A DNA stretch of 64,000 bases, from the NCBI RefSeq assembly GCF_009914755.1, contig NC_060927.1. One strand, 5' to 3'. The translations under genes and the position numbers were made by a program. This document shows positions 15,767 through 30,752 of this stretch, piece by piece. How positions within the stretch are numbered: position 1 is the first letter of the stretch; the number at the start of each line of letters is the position of its first letter. The DNA comes from the human T2T-CHM13v2.0 reference genome, Homo sapiens. Below the pieces are notes generated by a model that had not been told where the DNA came from, did not search any database, and worked only from the letters and a program-made list of their open reading frames with translations.

Positions 15767-17994
15767 AAAAATCTAGCCAAGTCTCGTTTTCTAAACGTCT
15801 AGCGTGTTTTTCCCTCCAGGGGCGTGGGTCAGGGCCTCCCCTGCTTCACTTTGTCTCGTGAACCCTTAACCTACAGGCCAGTCAGGGCCCTGAGGTGTAT
15901 TGGCATCAGCTTCATCCACAGTTTCATCAATAAACTCCTGTAACTCAGAGCAGATTTGACAAAGGTCAGGGGTGCTACATTATCCCTGCATATGTGTGGA
16001 CAGACCTATTGTCTGGCTAGTTTATATTCCTGGGATGAAGCATATGTAACTCATACCTTGAAGAAATAAAGGCAATATCCTATTTGACAGTTCAAAAGAC
16101 TTATTCTCCTTGTCCTGATAGAAAGTATCTACTTCCCAGAACTGAGCAAGAAAACGTAATAAAGTGGAAAAGCCTCTTGAAGAAGAGGTTATGACATTTT
16201 TGCTTTGAAAGAGAATGGCAGGTCGCTTTTAATGGCCACATCACACACGTGGTGTTCTGAGAAAGTGGCGGTAAATCGAGGAAACCCTTAATGTTTTCTT
16301 CCGTGTAACCAGAGAAAGTGCTGAGCCCACCAGGTTGCAGATTATCACCTGCTAAGGTTTTCAATCTCATGCGTGTGCGCAGAACACCAAGGCTCCCAGC
16401 AATTTCCGTCCTATCTGGAGCTGTGCATAGAGTGAGGGGGAGATGGCACTGTCTATTACAGAGAGCCTCCTTGTTTCTTTGTTATCAAAGAAAATAAGCC
16501 TTCTCCCCATTCCCTGTGACCACTTGTTTTCCATTGTCACTACATTAGTAGCTCTGCGGTTTCAGCCATCATTTTCCTAAGGAGTGAGTTATTTAAGTTC
16601 TCTAATTTAATCATCCTAAGATTATCTTCCTACCTCAATTTAATAAAGGAAATTAAAATGTGTTTTCTTTTTGTTAGTATCCTTAACTGCCATCTGCTTA
16701 AAAATGTGGATATAATCAGCCACTGGACAGTATGAGAAACAGATCATGTTTACGAAGAAGTTTCTCTCTTTTTAAAAAGCATGTGAATAAAATTTTTTAA
16801 TCCCCATGAGGAAAAAAAAATCTGCCAGAATTTTGAGTTGAAAGAGATTTCATTTCATAGCAAAAACTGGTAATGTAAAATGATCTTTCCAAATATAAAC
16901 CCACGGCTTCCTGGTAATTGTGTTAGTTTTAAGACAAATAAGGTATTTTTTCTAATTCAGTGTTTTCCAAAAACCCTTTTTGCAGTCTGTCTGGGAGCAA
17001 TCAATGGAACTAAATTCATGCCACCTGTTCCCATTGGTTTTCAATCCTATGTATCTGGAAAATTGCTCTAGTCATCTTTCCCCAGGATGGATGATTCTGA
17101 AACCATAAATACTCTTTTTATTTTTGAGTAAGAGACATTAAGATTTTTAAACTACTTGGAAGATTGACAATTAATTTCTTTTTTCATCAAGGAAAACATA
17201 CACTGATGTTTTTAAACAGCCTCATTGAGATATAATTAACAGAGTAGGCAATTTATTTATTTAATGTATATAATTCACATTTTTTATATATTCACAGAGT
17301 TGTGCAACCCCCACGACCACCCACTTTTAGAACATTTTTGTCTCTCAAAAAAGAGCAACAACATCAACAAAAAACCAACCCTATACCCATTAGCAATCAT
17401 TCCCATGCCTACAGTAACTCCCAGGCCTGAGCAGACATTAATCTACTTTGTGTCTGTTGATTTGTCTTTTATGGACATTTCATATAAAAGGACTTATACA
17501 ATATGTGATATTTTGGGACTGGCTTACTTAGCATAATGTTTTTGAGGCTCATCCAAGTTACAGTCTCTATCAGTACTTCTACTTCATTGCTTTTTATTGA
17601 CAAATAATATTCTATTATTCAGATATACTACATTTTCTTTATTCATCGGTTGATAAATGTCTAGATTGATTCCACTTTTTAATTATTATGAATAATGCTG
17701 CTACAGGCATTCATGTTCAAGCTTGTGTGTGGACATATGTTTTCAGTTCACTTGGGTATATACCTATGAGTGGAATTGCTAGGTCATATGGTAATTCTAT
17801 ATTTAACTTTTTTGGGGAACTGCCAGACTGCTTTTCACAAGGCTACACCGTTTTACAATTCCACTAGCAGTGCATGAGTGTTCCAATTTCTCCATATACT
17901 CACCAATACTTGTTAGAGTCTGTATTTTTTACTATAGTCATCCTAGTGGGTATAAAGTGGTATCTTGTACTTTCGATTTGCATTTCCCTAATGA

Positions 17995-18399
<405 letters not shown>

Positions 18400-18610
18400 A
18401 ATTGCGTTGTTTTTTTAATTCTCAAGAGTTTTTTATATAATATGGAAGCACATCCTTTATCAGACATATGATTTGCTAATATTTTCTCTTGTTCCGTAGG
18501 TTGGCATTTCACTTTCTTGATAATGTCCTTCCATGCATAAAAGTGTTTAATTTTGATGTAGTCCAATTTTATCTATGCTTTCTTTTGTTTCTTATAATTC
18601 GGGTATTTAA

Positions 18611-18944
<334 letters not shown>

Positions 18945-19223
18945 GAGTTTTATAGTTTTAACTCTTGCATTTAGCTCTCCAATACATTTGGAGTAAATGT
19001 TTGCATATGATATGAAATGCATTCTTTTGCATAAGGGTATCCAGTTGTTCCAGCACCATTTGTTGAAAAGATTATTCTTTTTCCACTGAATTGTTGTGGC
19101 ACCCTGGTAGAAAACCAACTGATGATATATATAAAGCTTTGTTTCTGGATTCTCAATTCTATTCCATTGACCTATGTGACTATGTCTATGTCAGTACCAC
19201 ACTGTATTGATTACTATAACTTT

Positions 19224-19570
19224 TTTAAATTTATTTTTTATTTATTTATTTTTTTGAGACAAAGTCTTGCTGTGTCACCCAGGCTGGAGTGCAGTTGGCA
19301 TGGTCACAGGTCATTGCAGCCTCTGTCTTCCTGGCTCATGCGATCCTCCCACCTCAGCTTCCTGAGTACCTGGAACCACAGGTGCGTGCCACCACACCTG
19401 GCTAATTTTTAAATTTTTGTTGTTGTTGTTGTTTTGTTTTTTTTTTTTTTGTAGAGATGAGGGCCACCCTATGTTGCCTGGTATGGTCTCGAACTCCTGG
19501 ACCCAAACAGTCCTCCCACCTTGGCCTCCCAAAGTGCTGGGGTTACAGGCATGAGCCACAGCAACTGCCC
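19224..19570 (-). mobile_element. AluJ-type
   Basis: TSD TGAT(T/C)ACT(A/G)TAACTTT. Confidence 0.93.
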
Positions 19571-20932
19571 TGATCACTGTAACTTTGGTAGCAAGTTTTG
19601 AAATCAGGAAATGTGAGTCCTCCAACTTTGATCTTCTTTTCCAAGGTTGTTTTGTCTATTCTGGGTCCCTTGCATTTTCATGAGAATTTTAGGATAAGTA
19701 TATCAATTTCTACCACAGACCAGCTGGGATTATGATAGAGACTGCGTTGAATCTATAAATCCATTTGGGGAATGCTGCCATTTTAGTGATATTGAATCTT
19801 CCAAGCAATGATTTATACCATTCTAATGCATTTATTGAGGACTTTTAAATTTATTTCAGCAATATTTTATAGTTTTAAGTGTATAAATTGTGTATTTTTA
19901 TTAAATTTATGCCTATTTTATTCTTTTTGATGCTACTATCAATTGAATTATTTTAATTTCCTTTTTGCAATATTTCTTTTTAGTGAGTAGAAATAAAATT
20001 GACTTTTGAATATTAATCTTATATCCTGTTACCTTGATGAGCTTGTTTACTAGTTCTATTAGTTTTTTAGTAGATTCCTTGGGATTTTTTATATACAAGA
20101 TCATGTCATCTGTAAAAAGAGGTTGTTTTAATTCTTCCTTTCTACTATGCATGCTTTATTCTATTAATAGTGTGTATTACATTAATTGATTTCTGACTGT
20201 AAACTCACCTTGTATTCCTGGTATAAATCCCACTTGCTCATGGTATATAAACCTCCTTATATGTTGCTGTATTCTGTTTGCCAGTATTTTATGTTTGCAT
20301 TTTTGAGAATTTTTGTATTCATAAGGGATGTTGGTCCTTTTTTCTTTTCTTGTAATGTCTTTGATTTTGGTATCAGGGTAAATACTAGCCTCAAAGTATG
20401 AGTTGGGAAGTGTATCAGTGAAGCCACTTGGACTTGAGTTTTCTTTCACAGGAAGTTTGAAAATTACTAATTTGATCTCTTTACCGGATATAGGTCGATT
20501 CAGATTTTCTACTTCTCTAATCAGTTTCAGTAGTACATGTCTTTCTGTGAATTTTCCATCTCATCTAAATTATCTGCTTTTTTTGGCATGCAGCCTGTGG
20601 TATGCCCTTATAATCCCATGTATTTCCGTAAAGTCAGTAGTAGTGTCTCCTCTTTCATTTCTGATTCTAGCAATTTGAGCCTTCTCTCTTTTTCTCTTGG
20701 TCTATCTAGCTAAAGCTTTGTCATTTTTGTCCATCTTTTCAATAATCAACTTTGGTTTTACTGATTGTCTCTATTGTTTTCCTACTTTTTATTTTATTTT
20801 ATTAATTTCTACTCTAATTTTTATTCTTTTCTTCCTTCTACTTGCTTCAGTTTAGTTTGCTCTTCTTTTGCCAGAGTCCTAGGGGAGAAGTTTAGGTTAC
20901 TGATTGGAGATCATTCCTCTTCGTTAACATAG

Positions 20933-21505
<573 letters not shown>

Positions 21506-21548
21506 TAACAGGCACTTGTGAACATTTCTAGCTATTTTCTTCTGATAA

Positions 21549-21872
<324 letters not shown>

Positions 21873-22499
21873 TTAGAATAGCTGTTTTGAAGCCTTGTCT
21901 ACTAGGTCCACTATCTGGACCCCTTCAAAGGCAGTTTCTATTGCTGGCTTTTTTTTTCTTGTGTATGGGTCACACTTTCTTATTTTTTTGTTTGGTTTTG
22001 TTTTTGCATGCCTGGCAATTTTTTGTTGAAAACTAAATATTTTAGGTAATATTTTGTAGCAACTGTGGATACTGACGCCACTGCTAGGGGTGGTGATGGT
22101 TATTGTTTGCTGGGGTTTATTTATTTGCTTAGCGACTTGACTAAAGTAATCCTGCAAAGTTTGTGTCCCTTGCAGTGTGCAGCCTCTGACATTCAACCTC
22201 AGATTTCTCTGACCTTGTTATTCTCTTTTAGCCTGGCCACTTAGGCTAGGAATCACTTCTGGCAGGTCACCTTCTTATTGTTCATATGTTGTACTTAAGC
22301 CTGCTTAGCAGTTAGATGTTTATTGTTGGAAATGTGTGTTGCTTGAAGGTTGCTAGCCCAGTTGTGGGGGAAGGGGTTACCTTTTTCTCTCATGTTCTAT
22401 TATCTTAGAGCTCTGTGGTCACTCCTCTGATCACACCCTGGAAAGGTACAGCCTTGGACATGCATACAGTCTTCCAGACTGCCAGGGAAGACTGCAATA

Positions 22500-22807
22500 T
22501 TATTATTTACTTTATTTTTATTTGTTTATTTTTTGAGACAGGGTCTCATTCTGTCACCCAGGCTGAGTGCATAGCTCACTACAGCCTCAACCTCAAGTCT
22601 CAAGTGATCCTCCCACCTTAGCCTCCCTAGTACCTGGGACTACAGATGTGTGCACCACCACGCTCAGCTAATTTTTAAATTTTTATTTTTAGAGATGGGG
22701 TCTTGCTTTGTTGCCCAGGCTGGTCTCCAACTCCTTGCTTCAAGTGATCGTCCTGCCTCAGCCTCCCAAAGTGCTGGGATTACGGGCGCCAGCCATCATG
22801 CCTGGCC
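22500..22807 (-). mobile_element. AluJ-type
   Basis: Diverged Alu dimer. Confidence 0.9.
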
Positions 22808-24222
22808 TCTTTGTCATCTTGATTTGCCTTTCCCCTGGGACAGAACCTGTGCAAGACTGCAAGGAGCTGGGGTCAGGGACCCACTTTTCCCAGAGTGATG
22901 AATGCCCAGATTTGCAAGTAGGTACTGGGGTGGCAGCTGTGGCAGCTGTGGATAAGCCTGTTCTTCTTGGCTTGTCCGTTGCAGCATGGAACCTCCCTAC
23001 TACTAGTGAGTGAGCTGGGTGGGGGTGACAGAGGCCCCAGTATTCTCAGCCTGCTTCACCTGGAGTAGAACTTCTACCCTACAATCAAGGGAGGCAAGAT
23101 AGAGAAGGGGAGTTGGTACTGCCTAGAATAGAGCTTCTGCAACACAGGGCTGGGGGCAGGAGGGGTGAAACCATACCCTCAGACTGGCAGGTGGAAAGGG
23201 GGGATGAAAAGAGAGCCCCCATCATCTTGGCCACACCTGCCCAGAGTGGAGGGTGCAGAATGGGTAGCACTTCCATTAACACTGAGCTATGGGTGCAGAG
23301 GGTAAGGAAGCAGGAGGTGGCTCAACTGCCACAGACCCTTCCTACGAAGGTTTAATATATTTTTTTGAGGGACTTTTTCTTTGTTTCCTGTACATCCTTT
23401 GAACAATTTCCAGGGGCTTTAAATTATTGCCTTTTTATTATTTTCACCACTTGAGTTGTTTTGCTGGAGAGAGGGTCTGCTGAGCTTGCTTCACCATTCT
23501 GAATGTCCTGTCCTACACAGATGGTTTCTTTAACCTCCATATTTGATTGGATTGATGGTCTTTTGACTGCTCCATTTGGGAGGAATGAAAGCTAAGAAAG
23601 TCATTAAGGGCCAAAGGATGGGAAGTAATGACTTGTGGATGTTGCCTGCAAATAGCAGTTGCTTAATGCAAACTCTGGTTGCTTCTTAAAATTTTAAATG
23701 ATGTCATATTTTCTCCACTCCACCCTCAAAAGTTATCAAAACAGAATGCTGGCAGCTCACTTTCATTTCATATCACAAATAAGTGACACACAGTATTTTC
23801 AAGTTGGAAGGAGACATCAAACAAATGAGGAAATAAGTCCCAAGAGGACAGGACTTGCTATTCTAGTTTTCCAATTTTTGTAGGAAATAGGAAGTGGTAG
23901 TCAAACAACAAATGATGTCTTTAAAATGGTATTTTCAAATCGAGTACTGTTTCTGGATAGCACAAACTATTTACAACTCAGCAGGGTCATAGCAGGCTTT
24001 ATATTCTCCAAAGAATGCATTTTCTTTCCTGAGACAGAGGGCCCTAGACAAAGAGCTGAATCAAGACATTCCTTCACAACAGCAACAATTTGAAAGTTCA
24101 GTTCAAATACAATTTGAAATCTAAAGAACTCAGTTGTAACATTTTAAAATAGAAAGATAATTCTCTACTTAAAAAGTTATCATGTCAGTTCTTTTTTTAA
24201 AAAAAAACATATTAAGAAATAT

Positions 24223-24518
24223 TTCTTTTTTCTTTTTTCTTTTTATTTTTTTTTAAGATGGAGTTTCACTCTTGTTTCCCAGGCTGGAGTGCAATGGTGC
24301 GATCCTGGCCTGACCTCCAGTGATCTGCCAGCCTCAGCCTCCCAAAGTGCTGGGATTACAGGCATGAGCCACCATGCCCATCTATTTTTTGTATTTTTAG
24401 TAGAGACGGGGTTTCACCATGTTGGCCAGGCTGATCTCAAACTCCTGACCTCAAGTGTTCTGCCTGCCTCGGCCTCCCAAAGTGCTGGGATTATAGGCAT
24501 GAGCCACCGAGCCCAGCC
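24223..24518 (-). mobile_element. Rearranged AluS-type
   Basis: Two copies of left-arm CCTCCCAAAGTGCTGGGATTA. Confidence 0.9.
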
Positions 24519-24554
24519 AATATTTTAATTTAAAAAATTGTTTTAAATTTAAAT

Positions 24555-24646
24555 CACTTCATGAATTTGCATGTTATCCTTGCATGGGGGCCATGCTAAT
24601 CTTTCATTTATTCCAATTTTAGTGTATGTGCTGCCGAAGCAAGCAC
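24555..24646 (-). pseudogene. U6 snRNA retropseudogene
   Basis: Minus strand reads GTGCTTGCTTCGGCAGCACATACACTAAAATTGGAA..AAGATTAGCATGGCCCCCATGCAAGGATAACATGCAAATTCATGAAGTG. CpGs decayed, ACAGAGA box lost, 3' end missing. Confidence 0.95.
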
Positions 24647-25547
24647 TCTAAATTTTGTCTTACCACAATCCTTTGAAGTAGAAAGTAGTAATAGTATTAG
24701 TACTAATAGTGGAAGTTGGGAGACTTGGGTTTTAGTTTTACCTCTTTCAGTTATTGTCTCTAAACCTTGGGGAAAAATCATTTAATCTTCTTGTGCCTCA
24801 GTTTTCCCAGAAGCTACACCCTTAGCATCCTGTGGTATTCTAGAACACTATTACTTCTAAATGTTTTGCAGAATGCTATTAAGCATTAGGAGTGGTAGAG
24901 TATTCACACCTTCATTTTGGAGGTGAGGAAACCAGACCATCTGCATATTTACTGATTTGGCCAGTATCAGACAGCCAGGGAGCAGGAGATCCAGGGCTTG
25001 AACCCAGGTTTCTCCAGGCAAATCTGTGCTCTAGACACAGAGTGAAAGTCAATGGGCTCTAACACACACAGATTACCAAGGTGTTCCAGGAGCTACAAGA
25101 TGAACAAAACAAGGCCTCATCCTCAGGGCTTTTCCATGCTGCCTCCTGGCCCTTCCCACTCCTTCCTATTGTACGTAGTGTCTACTCCACCACGAGACTT
25201 GTCTCAGCATTGACGTCAAGAATATAACAGCCTCTCTTGATGTCTACCAATGCTTTGCCTCCACATAAGTCATTCAGTTTCTCTGTGCCTTGGTTTTCAC
25301 TTGAAAAAACAAAACAAAACAAAAAAACCTTCCAACTGCAATACGATGCAGCAAAGCCCAGCTGACTGCATAACGAATGTGAAACTTTAAAGTGCAGGAA
25401 TGGAGTATGGTACCTGTTTCTAGTGACACCGTTTCTCCAGAGCATCTCTATGTAACCATGGTTTTCATATCCTCATAAATATACTACGACATAGCACACC
25501 GGGAGTATAGTTACGACAAAAATTTCCCATATAATAAAGGTTGTCTT

Positions 25548-25971
<424 letters not shown>

Positions 25972-26449
25972 CTATAAGAGATCTCCCACACAGCTTTGTT
26001 CTACAGTGCCATTCGTGTCTCTTTTCCACGAAGGCAAGCATTTCATTCCCTCACACTGAGATGAGCACAGTGATTGAAACCTTGGATAACACATAGGAAG
26101 CTCAGGGGAGAGTTGAACTGGGAAGACGTGTTTCAGTGATCTACTGCTACATAACAAATCACCCCCAAAACTTAGTGGCTTAAGCAATGATGATTAGTTC
26201 TCATTATTCTGTGGTCCCAACTGGGTCACTCTTTTGACTCTAAGCAGCTGCTGGCTGGGCTGAGCTGTTGGCTGGGACATCTTTGTTATCCTCCACAGGG
26301 CCTCGCCACAAGGCAACTTGGGCTTCTCCACAGCATGGTGGTCTCAGCGTTTCAACAGGGCAGAAGTGGAAGCTGCCCGGCCTCCTAGGGGCTAACCTGG
26401 CACAGCATCACTTCCACTACATTCTATTGGTCAAAGCAAGACACAAAAA

Positions 26450-26578
26450 GCTGGGGACAATGGTGTGCACCTGAGGTCCCAGTTACTCAGGAGGTTGAGG
26501 CAGGAAGATCGGGAGTTCAAACCCAACTTGAGCAGTGTAGTGAGACCCTGTCTCTAAAAACTCAAAAAAAAAAAAAAA
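26450..26578 (+). mobile_element. Alu monomer (FLAM/FRAM-like)
   Basis: Single Alu arm plus poly-A. Confidence 0.8.
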
Positions 26579-26694
26579 GCAGGCCTCAAAAGTCAACTCA
26601 GATTCGAGAGGAGGTGAGGGTAAATAGGCCCCACCTCTAGATGGGAAAAATGATGTACTCATTCAAAAATGGACGGATTGGTGTAGCCATCTTT

Positions 26695-26767
26695 TTTTTT
26701 TTTCTTTGAGACAGAGCCTCCCTTTGTCCACCAGGCTGGAGTGCAGTGGTGCGATCATGACTCTCTT
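26695..26767 (-). mobile_element. Severely 5'-truncated Alu
   Basis: Only 3'-terminal ~55 nt plus tail; CATCTTT direct repeat on both sides. Confidence 0.85.
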
Positions 26768-27067
26768 CATCTTTGGCAGCAACCTACCACATAGGGGATT
26801 ATAGAAGAGGAGACTTGTAACTTCTATGTGGTCACTTCAGACCTGCAGAGCAGGCAGGTGAGGTGAAAGAGGCTGTTTGAGAGTCCAAGCCTGTTGTAGA
26901 GAGATCAGTCCAGTGGTCCAGGTTCAGTGAGGAAATGATCTGGTAGTAGTTCTTCTGGAAGCATTCTTCTTTGGAAATTCTACAGGTAAGGCTTGTCCGT
27001 ATTCCCACTTCTCTCACCTCTGGGGAGGAATGGGGAGTTGGGTAGGGCTGATGGAGCTTGTAGAAGG

Positions 27068-27463
27068 TATTAGGGACTGAATCCTCTTCCTCCGAAAATT
27101 CATATGTTGAAGTCTTAATCCACAATACCTCAGAATGTGACTGTATTTGGAGGTAGGGTCTTCAAAGAGGTAATTAATTTAAAATGATGCTGTTAGTGTG
27201 GGCCCTGGTCCAATATGACTAGTGTCCTTCTAAGAAGAGGTGATTAAGACACACAGAGATGTTGGGGGAGTAAGACAAGCATGGGAAGATACAGCAAGAG
27301 GGTTGCCATCTGCAGGCCAAGGACAGGGGCCTCAGCGGAAACCCAACCTGCTGGCACCTTCATCTTGGGCTTCCAGCCTCCAGAACCGTGAAAAATAAAC
27401 TTCTGTTGTTGAAGCCACCCAGTCCGTAGTATTTCACTATGGCAGCCCAAGCCGATGGATACA
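27068..27463 (+). mobile_element. MLT1B-like solo LTR
   Basis: AAATTCATATGTTGAAGTC..CTTCCAGCCTCCAGAACCGTGAAAAATAAAC. Confidence 0.85.
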
Positions 27464-29029
27464 AAGGAGAAAGGCCTCAGCCTGAAGGGTCCGGTAGAAC
27501 CAAAGCCCATGTGGAAGTGGGAAGGCCTGAAACAACAGGAGGATGGTCCAAGCCTCTGCAAATCCAAGGTGCCTGGTAGTGGGTTTGGACATAGTGACAT
27601 GTCCCCAGGGTTCTGAAGCCAGGACAGCAAGAGAATCCTCCAGAGATCACAAGCCACAGACTCAGCCCCAGGCATGTCTTGTTGACCCCACTGTGTTTTT
27701 AAAGAAATTGTAATTCATCTCCACTATTTAAGCATCAGAAGTTTTTATTCTTTTAAAAACATTAGGATTTCCAGCTTCTCTTGAACAATTAGAAGACCTC
27801 GCTACCCTGGCCTCGCCTGCCTCTGTGGGTACAGGGCTGGGGCTGGTGTTTTTTTGTTTTTTGTTTTTTGTTTTGCATTTGAATATCCATCGTCAAATGA
27901 GTGTTTCCCAGACAGGAGTTTAGTGAATAACAAGTGGGAAGGAGACAAGTACATTCTATCAAATAGCATCACTTTGGGGATTGAAGGTCTTTATGGTAAT
28001 TTATGTCTTGTCATTACAATGAAAAGAGTGTGATTCACCAGCTCTACTTGGTTCATTGTGATTTACAGTGGAGGAAGTTATGTAATTAGCCATATCCAGA
28101 AGAGGTAGAAGCCTCCAATATCCCAGGTAGGGCCTTTAAAGGGTTTTTGTGATCTTAAACTGAGTTTTTATAGGTGTTTCTATTTCCGGAAGGCATTGGA
28201 AAGAGCTGTAAGTGTACGCCTGTGTTCCAATTGCTTCTCAACTGACACTCTTCGATATGCATTGGCGGCCTGTGTGCCTACTTCAGTGTAATGAAAAATC
28301 TTATTATAATTTGCACATCAAACAAGAGGGGACTGGCTACTCTTGCTGGGGAGCCTTGACTGAGTTTCTAGGCTTTTGAGAAACTCACAAACACTCTCAG
28401 TTGTTAATGTTCTTTGTACATAATATTTCAGACAGAATTAGCAACAGAACTACTGCTCTGATCTGTTTGCCTTTCTTTATTCCAAGATATTTTGCATATT
28501 TTAAAGAGGATTCTCTCCGTGTTCTCAGGTTAAATTAGTTGCTCAGAGAGGCTGCAGTCTCTTTCCTGGCACTGGGTATTTGAGCTCCACTTGGGGCGGC
28601 TGATTCTGGAAGACTGTTCTCACCTGAACCTCATCAGGGCACCATGGCAAGACCTCTCAACTAGGCTGCATGGAACACTCTAGGGTCTTTGTTCCCCTCT
28701 CCTCCACCCCGCCTCACCCCCAAATCCTTCTCTTTTAGTGACCCCTTCTCTCAGCCGTGCAACCTCCACAGATACCCTCCCTACCGCCACCCTCCAACTG
28801 TCCCCAGGGAAATACACACTCTCCTGCCCTTCCTGGAAAATAACCTTGATCCACTTTTCCTGCAATCACTCGCTCAAGACTGGCTTTTCTCCTCTGGCCT
28901 GTCTGGACCAACATCCATCAATGATGTGACAAAAATTGTTGTCCATGTGCCGTCTCCTGGAAGTTCTCCCTCACTCCCCTGCAGGCAGGAATCCGTGGGG
29001 GTGGGGATAGACACCAGAGTGTGCCTGCG

Positions 29030-29240
29030 ATAATAGGAACCCAAACCAGCATTTGTAGAGGCTTCACTGTGTGCTAGGCACTGTGCAAAGCAAGGCATTG
29101 CATGGGCTAACTCACTGAAGACCCACTTCTGTACATTGGGGTAAATCTTTGTACTATGTACACTTTACAGATGAGAAAACGCAGGCTCAGACTTGCCCAA
29201 GATCACATAGTGGGAAATACTGAAGCAGCCTGACCCTAAA
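29030..29240 (-). mobile_element. MIR
   Basis: TTTACAGATGAGAAAAC core. Confidence 0.75.
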
Positions 29241-30302
29241 GACCTAAAGTCATGCATGTATTTCGTGAATTGCTTATATATGTAGTTATACAATCCTACA
29301 CTTTGTTCCAGGAAGGATTTATAATGATTCACAGAAACACATAAAGATAAGATAAAATTTTAAATTAACAGGAGGATAAACCAGGACAACAGGAAAATGA
29401 GGACAGGAAAGACCGAGTGGAGCCAGTGGCGATCTCTGTACACAAAATAAAAGCCAGTGGCATTTTGTCTGCATCACAGCTATAAAGTTATGACTGTGTC
29501 TGGTATCAAAGTCATTTCTGAGCACGTCTTATCTGCACCACTGTTGGCTGCTTTAGGGCAGGGTGAGCCATCAGCATTTTCTCTCCCACATTTTATCCAA
29601 CAACTATTTAATGCACAAATATAATTATGAAGGAGGATGCATCCTCTCCCTCTCTCTGTCCCCTCCTCAATCTTGCTTGCTCCTGAAACGGGAATTTCTA
29701 CTTGTCTAAGGCCCTGGAGAAGTTTCTACTTTCTATGCACCTCCCAGTGGATCCACCCTGGGGGAAAAAGAGTGATTCAGTTGATTAGGGCAGTGGCAAA
29801 AGGTGCCCCATTGGCCCACATTTCTCTACGGGGTGGGGTTAGCTCTTTAAAAGATTCCCACTCCCCTGGGCATTGTTCTGTCTCTCCTTGGGCTGTTTCT
29901 CTTGGAGGTGACTTTCTGCAAGGCTCTCCTCCCTGACAGGGAGCAGGATCGGGGACAGTGTGTAGGAGCCTGCAGTCTCCAGCTGCTCTAAGTGAGCTTA
30001 GGTGGGAAAAATCAATTCAGTGGAAAGTCATGGGACAGACACTTTGGCTTCAGATCCAGGTTTGCAGTAATAAATTTGATGTTTTGATCCCTAAACTGAC
30101 TTGTAGATCTGTTTCATATTTAGTTCAGAATCTGAAAGGAAAGAGTGTGAATTTTTTTTGACACTTTAAAATCTCAACTAATGATTTACTTTCTCACAAA
30201 TATTTCTATTCTTAAAATAGGGGGCCTTCTGGAGCCATCTCAGTTAGGAAAACTTGTGATCGCAAGTAACCAAAAAAAAAAAAAAAAAAAAGCCATAATG
30301 GC

Positions 30303-30752
30303 TGCATTCATTTGGGTCCTATGAGAGGAAAATGCCAAGACAGGATTAGATGTGCAAGCAATTTATTGGAGCAGTGCTGGAGAAGCATAAAAAGGAAAAG
30401 GCCAGAGAAGGCAGAGAGAACCTTCAGGCCGTGGTGCTGGTCTGACGTGTATGAAGAAAAGAGGGGAGGAAGGCAGATGGAGTAGAATGTCTTAGATTGC
30501 AGTGCGGGTCCAAGAAAGTTGTGGCCAAGGCTGATGGGAATCCTTGACGCAGTGTTGCCCATTGGTGTATCCCTGTGTCTCACAGGAATAAGAAACCTGC
30601 ATTGGCTGTGCTTCGTCACTGATTCAGGAGCAGCCTGTGGAAAGCGTGGCCTCAGCATCAATGTGGTGGTGAACCCAGAGGAGTGGAAACAAGGCCAACT
30701 ATTATGCTCCCTGCAGCAGGAGACCTGAGTGGTGCATTGTCCTGGCCATCAC
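30303..30752 (-). mobile_element. LTR33 (ERVL) solo LTR inserted in an old MLT1 LTR
   Basis: GCCAAGACAGGATTAGATGTGCAAG..; 5-bp TSD ATGGC (30298-30302, 30753-30757). Confidence 0.85.

Larger units (their letters stand above)
26129..26791 (-). mobile_element. MLT1 (G/H-like) LTR with two small Alu-derived insertions
   Basis: CTACTGCTACATAACAAATCACCCCCAAAACTTAGTGGCTTAA...CTACCACA. Confidence 0.75.

Noticed and set aside
24555-24646. Functional U6 snRNA gene
   Set aside because: Mutated ACAGAGA box, CpG decay, missing 3' end, no recognisable PSE/TATA arrangement
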